From assembly GCA_012295275.1 (NCBI GenBank), contig SMMR01000020.1:1-15363 (forward strand): a DNA stretch of 15,363 nt, given 5' to 3'. Position numbers and translations under genes: made by a program. This document shows, one piece after another, positions 1 through 11,616 of this stretch. This DNA is from Chrysomallon squamiferum (Eukaryota > Animalia > Mollusca). Under the pieces are notes generated by a model that saw only the letters and a list, made by a program, of their open reading frames with translations, made no database searches and was not told the DNA's origin. The stretch's first letter is position 1. Every line of letters begins with the position of its first letter.

Positions 1-3000
1 AATGCGTTTGAAAAAAAACGAGCAAATTTTCAAAAAAAATATGTGCGTTTTTGTGCACGTGTCGGAAACGAGTTGTTCCCCTTGGGTGGCGCGTGCGGCA
101 CTTTTCGCCCGAGTAGGGCAACCCTTGCCCCACTTTTGGGTATGTGCGCCCGATTTTTCCCACGTGCGCAGAAAAAAGTTATTGCACTTTGAAAATGGTA
201 CCCCTAGCATTTTCAACGGAACTTGAAAAAATTCGATTTTCAAAATTGAAAATCCGTGTGGCACTATTCCGTGCGGTCGGGAAAAATATTTCAACGTGTG
301 CAAAAAGGTGCGCGCCGTCGGGGCGAGTGTGGCAAAAAAAACGTTTCCAACATTTACCAAAGGTGCTGCACCTTTTGAAAATGCGTGAAAAAAAAAACGA
401 GCAATTTTTTCAAAAAAAATATGTGCGTTTTTTGTGCACGTGTCGGAAACGAGTTGTTCCCCTTGGGTGGCGCGTGCGGCACTTTTCGCCCGAGTAGGGC
501 AACCCTTTGCCCCTTTTTTGGGTATGTGCGCCCGATTTTTCCCACGTGCGCAGAAAAAGTTATTGCACTTTGAAAAAGGTACCCCTAGCATTTTCAACGG
601 AACTTGAAAAAATTCGATTTTCAAAAATTGAAAATCCGTGTGGCACTATTCCGTGCGGTCGGGAAAAATATTTCAACGTGTGCAAAAGGTGCGCGCCGTC
701 GGGGCGAGTGTGGCAAAAACGTTTCCAACATTTACCAAAGGTGCTGCACCTTTGAAAATGCGTTTGAAAAAAAAAAAACGAGCAAATTTTCAAAAATATG
801 TGCGTTTTTTTTGTGCACGTGTCGGAAACGAGTTGTTCCCCCCCTTGGTGGCGCGTGCGGCACTTTTCGCCCGAGTAGGGCAACCCTTGCCCCACTTTTT
901 GGGTATGTGCGCCCGATTTTTCCCCGTGCGCAGAAAAAGTTATTGCACTTTGAAAATGGTACCCCTAGCATTTTCAACGGAACTTGAAAAAATTCGATTT
1001 TCAAAAATTGAAAATCCGTGTGGCACTATTCCGTGCGGTCGGGAAAAATATTTCAACGTGTGCAAAAGGTGCGCGCCGTCGGGGCGAGTGTGGCAAAAAC
1101 GTTTCCAACATTTACCAAAGGTGCTGCACCTTTTGAAAATGCGTTTAAAAAAAAAACGAGCAAATTTTCAAAAATATGTGCGTTTTTTGTGCACGTGTCG
1201 GAAACGAGTTGTTCCCCTTGGGTGGCGCGTGCGGCACTTTTCGCCCGAGTAGGGCAACCCTTGCCCCACTTTTGGGTATGTGCGCCCGATTTTTCCCACG
1301 TGCGCAGAAAAAGTTATTGCACTTTGAAAATGGTACCCCTAGCATTTTCAACGGAACTTGAAAAAATTCGATTTTCAAAAATTGAAAATCCGTGTGGCAC
1401 TATTCCGTGCGGTCGGGAAAAATATTTCAACGTGTGCAAAAGGTGCGCGCCGTCGGGGCGAGTGTGGCAAAAACGTTTCCAACATTTACCAAAGGTGCTG
1501 CACCTTTTGAAAATGCGTTTGAAAAAAAAACGAGCAAATTTTCAAAAATATGTGCGTTTTTTGTGCACGTGTCGGAAACGAGTTGTTCCCCTTTGGGTGG
1601 CGCGTGCACTTTTTTTTCGCCCGAGTAGGGCAACCCTTGCCCCACTTTTGGGTATGTGCGCCCGATTTTTCCCACGTGCGCAGAAAAAGTTATTGCACTT
1701 TGAAAAAGGTACCCCTAGCATTTTCAACGGAACTTGAAAAAATTCGATTTTCAAAAATTGAAAATCCGTGTGGCACTATTCCGTGCGGTCGGGAAAAATA
1801 TTTCAACGTGTGCAAAAGGTGCGCGCCGTCGGGGCGAGTGTGGCAAAAACGTTTCCAACATTTACCAAAGGTGCTGCACCTTTGAAAATGCGTTGAAAAA
1901 AAAAAAACGAGCAAATTTTCAAAAAAAATATGTTTTTTTTTGTGCACGTGTCGGAAACGAGTTGTTCCCCCTTTGGTGGCGCGTGCGGCACTTTTCGCCC
2001 GAGTAGGGCAACCCTTGCCCCACTTTTGGGTATGTGCGCCCGATTTTTCCCACGTGCGCAGAAAAAGTTATTGCACTTTGAAAATGGTACCCCTAGCATT
2101 TTCAACGGAACTTGAAAAAATTCGATTTTCAAAAATTGAAAATCCGTGTGGCACTATTCCGTGCGGTCGGGAAAAATATTTCAACGTGTGCAAAAGGTGC
2201 GCGCCGTCGGGGCGAGTGTGGCAAAAACGTTTCCAACATTTACCAAAGGTGCTGCACCTTTTGAAAATGCGTTTGAAAAAAAAACGAGCAAATTTTCAAT
2301 AAATATGTTTTTTTTTTTGTGCACGTGTCGGAAACGAGTTGTTCCCCTTGGGTGGCGCGTGCGGCACTTTTCGCCCGAGTAGGGCAACCCCCTTGCCCCC
2401 CACTTTTGGGTATGTGCGCCCGATTTTTCCCACGTGCGCAAAAAAAAGTTATTGCACTTTGAAAATGGGTACCCCTAGCATTTTCAACGGAACTTGAAAA
2501 AATTCGATTTTCAAAAATTGAAAATCCGTGTGGCACTATTCCGTGCGGTCGGGAAAAATATTTCAACGTGTGCAAAAGGTGCGCGCCGTCGGGGGGGCGA
2601 GTGTGGCAAAAACGTTTCCAACATTTACCAAAGGTGCTGCACCTTTGAAAATGCGTTTGAAAAAAAAACGAGCAAATTTTCAAAAATATGTGCGTTTTTT
2701 GTGCACGTGTCGAAAACGAGTTGTTCCCCTTGGGTGGCGCGTGCGGCACTTTTCGCCCGAGTAGGGCAACCCTTGCCCCACTTTTGGGTATGTGCGCCCG
2801 ATTTTTCCCACGTGCGCAGAAAAAGTTATTGCACTTTGAAAATGGTACCCCTAGCATTTTCAACGGAACTTGAAAAAATTCGATTTTCAAAAATTGAAAA
2901 TCCGTGTGGCACTATTCCGTGCGGTCGGGAAAAATATTTCAACGTGTGCAAAAGGTGCGCGCCGTCGGGGCGAGTGTGGCAAAAACGTTTCCAACATTTA

Positions 3001-6000
3001 CCAAAGGTGCTGCACCTTTTTTGAAAATGCGCGTTGAAAAAAAACGAGCAAATTTCAAAAATATGTGCGTTTTTTTGTGCACGTGTCGGAAACGAGTTGT
3101 TCCCCTTGGGTGGCGCGTGCGGCACTTTTCGCCCGAGTAGGGCAACCCTTGCCCCACTTTTGGGTATGTGCGCCCGATTTTTTTCCCACGTGCGCAAAAA
3201 AAAAGTTATTGCACTTTGAAAATGGTACCCCTAGCATTTTCAACGGAACTTGAAAAAATTCGATTTTCAAAAATTGAAAATCCGTGTGGCACTATTCCGT
3301 GCGGTCGGGAAAAATATTTCAACGTGTGCAAAAGGTGCGCGCCGTCGGGGCGAGTGTGGCAAAAACGTTTCCAACATTTACCAAAGGTGCTGCACCTTTT
3401 GAAAATGCGTTTGAAAAAAAAACGAGCAAATTTTCAAAAATATGTGCGTTTTTTGTGCACGTGTCGGAAACGAGTTGTTCCCCTTGGGTGGCGCGTGCGG
3501 CACTTTTCGCCCGAGTAGGGCAACCCTTGCCCCACTTTTGGGTATGTGCGCCCGATTTTTCCCACGTGCGCAGAAAAAGTTATTGCACTTTGAAAATGGT
3601 ACCCCTAGCATTTTCAACGGAACTTGAAAAAATTCGATTTTCAAAAATTGAAAATCCGTGTGGCACTATTCCGTGCGGTCGGGAAAAATATTTCAACGTG
3701 TGCAAAAGGTGCGCGCCGTCGGGGCGAGTGTGGCAAAAAACGTTTCCAACATTTACCAAAGGTGCTGCTGCACTTTTGAAAATGCGTTGAAAAAAAAACG
3801 AGCAAATTTTCAAAAATATGTGCGTTTTTTGTGCACGTGTCGGAAACGAGTTGTTCCCCTTGGGTGGCGCGTGCGGCACTTTTCGCCCGAGTAGGGCAAC
3901 CCTTGCCCCACTTTTGGGTATGTGCGCCCGATTTTTCCCACGTGCGCAGAAAAAGTTATTGCACTTTGAAAATGGTACCCCTAGCATTTTCAACGGAACT
4001 TGAAAAAATTCGATTTTCAAAAATTGAAAATCCGTGTGGCACTATTCCGTGCGGTCGGAAAAAAAATATTTCAACGTGTGCAAAAGGTGCGCGCCGTCGG
4101 GGCGAGTGTGGCAAAAACGTTTCCAACATTTACCAAAGGTGCTGCACCTTTGAAAATGCGTTTGAAAAAAAAAAAAACGAGCAAATTTTCAAAAAAATAT
4201 GTGCGTTTTTTGTGCACGTGTCGGAAACGAGTTTCCCCTTGGGTGGCGCGTGCACTTTTTCGCCCGAGTAGGGCAACCCTTGCCCCACTTTTTGGGTATA
4301 TGTGCGCCCGATTTTTCCCACGTGCGCAGAAAAAGTTATTGCACTTTGAAAATGGTACCCCTAGCATTTTCAACGGAACTTGAAAAATTCGATTTTCAAA
4401 AATTGAAAATCCGTGTGGCACTATTCCGTGCGGTCGGGAAAAATATTTCAACGTGTGCAAAGGTGCGCGCCGTCGGGGCGAGTGTGGCAAAAACGTTTCC
4501 AACATTTACCAAAGGTGCTGCACCTTTGAAAATGCGTTTGAAAAAAACGAGCAAATTTTCAAAAAAATATGTGCGTTTTTGTGCACGTGTCGGAAACGAG
4601 TTGTTCCCTTTGGGTGGCGCGTGCGGCACTTTTTTCGCCCGAGTAGGGGCAACCCTTGCCCCACTTTTGGGTATGTGCGCCCGATTTTCCCCCGTGCGCA
4701 GAAAAAGTTATTGCACTTTGAAAATGGTACCCCTAGCATTTTCAACGGAACTTGAAAAAATTCGATTTTCAAAATTGAAAATCCGTGTGGCACTATTCCG
4801 TGCGGTCGGGAAAAATATTTCAACGTGTGCAAAAGGTGCGCGCCGTCGGGGCGAGTGTGGCAAAAACGTTTCCAACATTTACCAAAGGTGCTGCACCTTT
4901 TGAAAATGCGTTTGAAAAAAAAACGAGCAAATTTTCAAAAATATGTGCGTTTTTTGTGCACGTGTCGGAAACGAGTTGTTCCCCTTGGGTGGCGCGTGCG
5001 GCACTTTTCGCCCGAGTAGGGCAACCCTTGCCCCACTTTTGGGTATGTGCGCCCGATTTTTCCCACGTGCGCAGAAAAAGTTATTGCACTTTGAAAATGG
5101 TACCCCTAGCATTTTCAACGGAACTTGAAAAAATTCGATTTTCAAAAATTGAAAATCCGTGTGGCACTATTCCGTGCGGTCGGGAAAAATATTTCAACGT
5201 GTGCAAAAGGTGCGCGCCGTCGGGGCGAGTGTGGCAAAAACGTTTCCAACATTTTACCAAAGGTGCTGCACCTTTTGAAAATGCGTTTTTGAAAAAAAAA
5301 ACGAGCAAATTCAAAAAAATATGTGTTTTTTTTGTGCACGTGTCGGAAACGAGTTGTTCCCCTTGGGTGGCGCGTGCGGCTTTTTTTCGCCCGAGTAGGG
5401 CAACCCCTTGCCCCACTTTTTTGGGTATGTGCGCCCGATTTTTTCCCACGCGCGCAGCAGAAAAAAAGTTATTGCACTTTGAAAATGGTACCCCTAGCAT
5501 TTTCAACGGAACTTGAAAAAATTCGATTTTCAAAAATTGAAAATCCGTGTGGCACTATTCCGTGCGGTCGGGAAAAATATTTCAACGTGTGCAAAAGGTG
5601 CGCGCCGTCGGGGCGAGTGTGGCAAAAACGTTTCCAACATTTACCAAAGGTGCTGCACCTTTTGAAAATGCGTTTGAAAAAAAAAACGAGCAAATTTTCA
5701 AAAAAAAATATGTTTTTTTTTGTGCACGTGTCGGAAACGAGTTGTTCCCCTTGGGTGGCGCGTGCGGCACTTTTCGCCCGAGTAGGGCAACCCTTGCCTT
5801 TTTTTGGGTATGTGCGCCCGATTTTTCCCACGTGCGCAGAAAAAGTTATTGCACTTTGAAAATGGTACCCCTAGCATTTTCAACGGAACTTGAAAAAATT
5901 CGATTTTCAAAAATTGAAAATCCGTGTGGCACTATTCCGTGCGGTCGGGAAAAATATTTCAACGTGTGCAAAAAGGTGCGCGCCGTCGGTCGGGGCGTGT

Positions 6001-9000
6001 GGCAAAAAAACGTTTCCAACATTTACCAAAGGTGCTGCACCTTTTGAAAATGCGTTGAAAAAAAAAAACGAGCAATTTTCAAAAAATATGTGTTTTTTTT
6101 GTGCACGTGTCGGAAACGAGTTGTTCCCCTTGGGTGGCGCGTGCGGCACTTTTCGCCCGAGTAGGGCAACCCTGCCCCACTTTTTTTTGGGTATGTGCGC
6201 CCGATTTTTCCCCGTGCGCAGAAAAAGTTATTGCACTTTGAAAATGGTACCCCTAGCATTTTCAACGGAACTTGAAAAAATTCGATTTTCAAAATTGAAA
6301 ATCCGTGTGGCACTATTCCGTGCGGTCGGGAAAAATATTTCAACGTGTGCAAAAGGTGCGCGCCGTCGGGGCGAGTGTGGCAAAAACGTTTCCAACATTT
6401 ACCAAAGGTGCTGCACCTTTTGAAAATGCGTGAAAAAAAAAACGAGCAAATTTTCAAAAAAATATGTGCGTTTTTTGTGCACGTGTCGGAAACGAGTTGT
6501 TCCCCTTGGGTGGCGCGTGCGGCACTTTTCGCCCGAGTAGGGCAACCCTTGCCCCACTTTTGGGTATGTGCGCCCGATTTTTCCCACGTGCGCAGAAAAA
6601 GTTATTGCACTTTGAAAATGGTACCCCTAGCATTTTCAACGGAACTTGAAAAAATTCGATTTTCAAAAATTGAAAATCCGTGTGGCACTATTCCGTGCGG
6701 TCGGGAAAAATATTTCAACGTGTGCAAAAGGTGCGCGCCGTCGGGGCGAGTGTGGCAAAAACGTTTCCAACATTTACCAAAGGTGCTGCACCTTTGAAAA
6801 TGCGTTTGAAAAAAAACGAGCAAATTTTCAAAAAATATGTGCGTTTTTTTTTGTGCACGTGTCGGAAACGAGTTGTTCCCCTTGGGTGGCGCGTGCGGCA
6901 CTTTTCGCCCGAGTAGGGCAACCCTTGCCCCACTTTTGGGTATGTGCGCCCGATTTTTCCCACGTGCGCAGAAAAAGTTATTGCACTTTTGAAAATGGTA
7001 CCCCTAGCATTTTCAACGGAACTTGAAAAATTCGATTTTCAAAAATTGAAAATCCGTGTGGCACTATTCCGTGCGGTCGGGAAAAATATTTCAACGTGTG
7101 CAAAAGGTGCGCGCCGTCGGGGGGGCGAGTGTGGCAAAAACGTTTCCAACATTTACCAAAGGTGCTGCACCTTTTTGAAAATGCGTTTGAAAAAAAAACG
7201 AGCAAATTTCAAAAAAAATATGTGCGTTTTTTTTTGTGCACGTGTCGGAAACGAGTTGTTCCCCTTGGGTGGCGCGTGCGGCACTTTTCGCCCGAGTAGG
7301 GCAACCTTTGCCTTTTTTTTTTGGGTATGTGCGCCCGATTTTTCCCACGTGCGCAGAAAAGTTATTGCACTTTGAAAATGGTACCCCTAGCATTTTCAAC
7401 GGAACTTGAAAAATTCGATTTTCAAAATTGAAAATCCGTGTGGCACTATTCCGTGCGGTCGGGAAAAATATTTCAACGTGTGCAAAAGGTGCGCGCCGTC
7501 GGGGGGGCGAGGTGGCAAAAACGTTTCCAACATTTACCAAAGGTGCTGCACCTTTGAAAATGCGTTTGAAAAAAAACGAGCAAAATTCAAAAAAAAATAT
7601 GTGCGTTTTTTGTGCACGTGTCGGAAACGAGTTGTTCCCCTTGGGTGGCGCGTGCGGCACTTTTCGCCCGAGTAGGGCAACCCTTGCCCCACTTTTGGGT
7701 ATGTGCGCCCGATTTTTCCCACGTGCGCAGAAAAAGTTATTGCACTTTGAAAATGGTACCCCTAGCATTTTCAACGGAACTTGAAAAAATTCGATTTTCA
7801 AAAATTGAAAATCCGTGTGGCACTATTCCGTGCGGTCGGGAAAAATATTTCAACGTGTGCAAAAGGTGCGCGCCGTCGGGGCGAGTGTGGCAAAAACGTT
7901 TCCAACATTTACCAAAGGTGCTGCACCTTTTGAAAATGCGTTTGAAAAAAAAAAACGAGCAAATTTTCAAAAAAATATGCGTTTTTTTTGTGCACGTGTC
8001 GGAAACGAGTTGTTCCCCCCTTGGGTGGCGCGTGCGGCACTTTTCGCCCGAGTAGGGCAACCCTTGCCCCACTTTTGGGTATGTGCGCCCGATTTTTCCC
8101 ACGTGCGCAGAAAAAGTTATTGCACTTTGAAAATGGTACCCCTAGCATTTTCAACGGAACTTGAAAAAATTCGATTTTCAAAAATTGAAAATCCGTGTGG
8201 CACTATTCCGTGCGGTCGGGAAAAATATTTCAACGTGTGCAAAAGGTGCGCGCCGTCGGGGCGAGTGGCAAAAACGTTTCAACAAAAACGTTTCCAACAT
8301 TTACCAAAGGTGCTGCACCTTTTGAAAATGCGTTTGAAAAAAAAAACGAGCAAATTTTCAAAAATATGTGCGTTTTTTGTGCACGTGTCGGAAACGAGTT
8401 GTTCCCCTTGGGTGGCGCGTGCGGCACTTTTCGCCCGAGTAGGGCAACCCTTGCCCCACTTTTGGGTATGTGCGCCCGATTTTTCCCACGTGCGCAGAAA
8501 AGTTATTGCACTTTGAAAATGGTACCCCTAGCATTTTCAACGGAACTTGAAAAAATTCGATTTTCAAAAATTGAAAATCCCGTGGCACTATTCCGTGCGG
8601 TCGGGAAAAATATTTCAACGTGTGCAAAAGGTGCGCGCCGTCGGGGCGAAAAAAAAAAACGTTTCCAACATTTACCAAAGGTGCTGCACCTTTTGAAAAT
8701 GCGAAAAAAAAAAAAACGAGCAAATTTCAAAAAAAAATATGTGCGTTTTTGTGCACGTGTCGGAAACGAGTTGTTCCCCTTGGGTGGCGCGTGCGGCACT
8801 TTTCGCCCGAGTAGGGCAACCCTTGCCCCACTTTTGGGTATGTGCGCCCGATTTTTCCCACGTGCGCAGAAAAAGTTATTGCACTTTGAAAATGGTACCC
8901 CTAGCATTTTCAACGGAACTTGAAAAAATTCGATTTTCAAAAATTGAAAATCCGTGTGGCACTATTCCGTGCGGTCGGGAAAAATATTTCAACGTGTGCA

Positions 9001-11342
9001 AAAGGTGCGCGCCGTCGGGGCGAGTGTGGCAAAAAAACGTTTCCAACATTTACCAAAGGTGCTGCACCTTTTGAAAATGCGTTTGAAAAAAAAACGAGCA
9101 AATTTTCAAAAAAAAATGTTTTTTTTTTGTGCACGTGTCGGAAACGAGTTGTTCCCCTTGGGTGGCGCGTGCGGCACTTTTCGCCCGAGTAGGGCAACCC
9201 TTGCCCCACTTTTGGGTATGTGCGCCCGATTTTTCCCACGTGCGCAGAAAAAGTTATTGCACTTTGAAAATGGTACCCCTAGCATTTTCAACGGAACTTG
9301 AAAAAATTCGATTTTCAAAAATTGAAAATCCGTGTGGCACTATTCCGTGCGGTCGGGAAAAATATTTCAACGTGTGCAAAAAGGTGCGCGCCGTCGGGGG
9401 GGCGAGTGTGGCAAAAACGTTTCCAACATTTACCAAAGGTGCTGCACCTTTTGAAAATGCGTTTGAAAAAAAAAAACGAGCAAAAAAAAAAAAATATGTG
9501 TTTTTTTGTGCACGTGTCGGAAACGAGTTGTTCCCCCTTGGGTGGCGCGTGCGGCACTTTTCGCCCGAGTAGGGCAACCCTTGCCCTTTTTTTTGGGTAT
9601 GTGCGCCCGATTTTTCCCCGTGCGCAGAAAAAAAGTTATTGCACTTTGAAAATGGTACCCCTAGCATTTTCAACGGAACTTGAAAAAATTCGATTTTCAA
9701 AAATTGAAAATCCGTGTGGCACTATTCCGTGCGGTCGGGAAAAATATTTCAACGTGTGCAAAAGGTGCGCGCCGGGGGGGGCGAGTGTGGCAAAAACGTT
9801 TCCAACATTTACCAAAGGTGCTGCACCTTTTGAAAATGCGTTTGAAAAAAAAAAAACGAGCAAATTTTCAAAAAAATATGTGCGTTTTTGTGCACGTGTC
9901 GGAAACGAGTTGTTCCCCTTGGGTGGCGCGTGCGGTTTTTTTTTCGCCCGAGTAGGGCAACCCCCCCCCCACTTTTGGGTATGTGCGCCCGATTTTTCCC
10001 ACGTGCGCAGAAAAAAAGTTATTGCACTTTGAAAAATGGTACCCCTAGCATTTTCAACGGAACTTGAAAAAAAATTCGATTTTCAAAAATTGAAAATCCG
10101 TGTGGCACTATTCCGTGCGGTCGGGAAAAATATTTCAACGTGTGCAAAAGGTGCGCGCCGTCGGGGCGAGTGTGGCAAAAACGTTTCCAACATTTACCAA
10201 AGGTGCTGCACCTTTTGAAAATGCGTGAAAAAAAAAAAAAACGAGCAAATTTTCAAAAAAATATGTGCGTTTTTGTGCACGTGTCGGAAACGAGTTGTTC
10301 CCCTTTGGTGGCGCGTGCGGCACTTTTCGCCCGAGTAGGGCAACCCTTGCCCCACCCCACTTTTGGGTATGTGCGCCCGATTTTTCCCACGTGCGCAGAA
10401 AAAGTTATTGCACTTTGAAAATGGTACCCCTAGCATTTTCAACGGAACTTGAAAAAATTCGATTTTCAAAAATTGAAAATCCGTGTGGCACTATTCCGTG
10501 CGGTCGAAAAAAAATATTTCAACGTGTGCAAAAGGTGCGCGCCGTCGGGGCGAGTGTGGCAAAAACGTTTCCAACATTTACCAAAGGTGCTGCACCTTTG
10601 AAAATGCGTTTGAAAAAAAAAACGAGCAAATTTTCAAAAAAAAATATGTGCGTTTTTTTGTGCACGTGTCGGAAACGAGTTGTTCCCCTTGGGTGGCGCG
10701 TGCGGCACTTTTCGCCCGAGTAGGGCAACCCTTGCCCCCCCACTTTTGGGTATGTGCGCCCGATTTTTCCCACGTGCGCAGAAAAAAAGTTATTGCACTT
10801 TGAAAATGGTACCCCTAGCATTTTCAACGGAACTTGAAAAAAAATTCGATTTTCAAAAATTGAAAATCCGTGTGGCACTATTCCGTGCGGTCGGAAAAAA
10901 ATATTTCAACGTGTGCAAAAGGTGCGCGCCGTCGGGGCGAGTGTGGCAAAAACGTTTCCAACATTTTACCAAAGGTGCTGCACCTTTTGAAAATGCGTTG
11001 AAAAAAAACGAGCAAATTTTCAAAAATATGTGCGTTTTTTTGTGCACGTGTCGGAAACGAGTTGTTCCCCTTTGGGTGGCGCGTGCGGCACTTTTCGCCC
11101 GAGTAGGGCAACCCTTGCCCCACTTTTGGGTATGTGCGCCCGATTTTCCCCGTGCGCAGAAAAAGTTATTGCACTTTGAAAAATGGTACCCCTAGCATTT
11201 TCAACGGAACTTGAAAAATTCGATTTTCAAAAATTGAAAATCCGTGTGGCACTATTCCGTGCGGTCGGGAAAAATATTTCAACGTGTGCAAAAGGTGCGC
11301 GCCGTCGGGGCGAGTGTGGCAAAAACGTTTCCAACATTTACC

Positions 11343-11359
11343 AAAGGTGCTGCACCTTT
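11343..11359. repeat. Perfect dyad AAAGGTGC-T-GCACCTTT (once per monomer)
   Basis: 8-bp arms are exact reverse complements around a single T. Present in nearly every copy; disrupted by a GCT duplication at ~3764-3770. Confidence 0.9.
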
Positions 11360-11399
11360 TGAAAATGCGTTTGAAAAAAAAACGAGCAAATTTTCAAAA
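11357..11399. repeat. Inverted repeat TTTTGAAAAT...ATTTTCAAAA enclosing the A9 tract (once per monomer)
   Basis: 10-bp perfect arms at 11357-11366 and 11390-11399, with an inner CGTTT (11368-11372) / AAACG (11380-11384) pair. Confidence 0.85.
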
Positions 11400-11473
11400 A
11401 TATGTGCGTTTTTTGTGCACGTGTCGGAAACGAGTTGTTCCCCTTGGGTGGCGCGTGCGGCACTTTTCGCCCG

Positions 11474-11496
11474 AGTAGGGCAACCCTTGCCCCACT
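11474..11496. repeat. Hairpin AGT-A-GGGCAA-CCC-TTGCCC-C-ACT (once per monomer)
   Basis: 6-bp perfect stem (11478-11483 / 11487-11492) with a 3-nt loop, extended by AGT/ACT after one A:C mismatch; followed by a T run. Confidence 0.8.
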
Positions 11497-11549
11497 TTTG
11501 GGTATGTGCGCCCGATTTTTCCCACGTGCGCAGAAAAAGTTATTGCACT

Positions 11550-11577
11550 TTGAAAATGGTACCCCTAGCATTTTCAA
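11550..11577. repeat. Inverted repeat TTGAAAATG-GTACCCCTAG-CATTTTCAA (once per monomer)
   Basis: 9-bp perfect arms (11550-11558 / 11569-11577) with a 10-nt spacer. Confidence 0.9.
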
Positions 11578-11595
11578 CGGAACTTGAAAAAATTC

Positions 11596-11616
11596 GATTT
11601 TCAAAAATTGAAAATC
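11596..11616. repeat. Inverted repeat GATTTTCAA-AAA-TTGAAAATC (once per monomer)
   Basis: 9-bp perfect arms (11596-11604 / 11608-11616) with a 3-nt spacer. Confidence 0.9.

Noticed and set aside
11320-11340. CENP-B box-like match (minus strand GTTGGAAACG; also GTCGGAAACGAG at 11423)
   Set aside because: It matches mostly the non-essential middle of CTTCGTTGGAAACGGGA. The essential TTCG and CGGG elements are missing.
11478-11499. Rho-independent terminator (GC hairpin followed by T run)
   Set aside because: The T tract is only 4 nt and is offset from the stem, there is no upstream gene, and nothing indicates a bacterial context.
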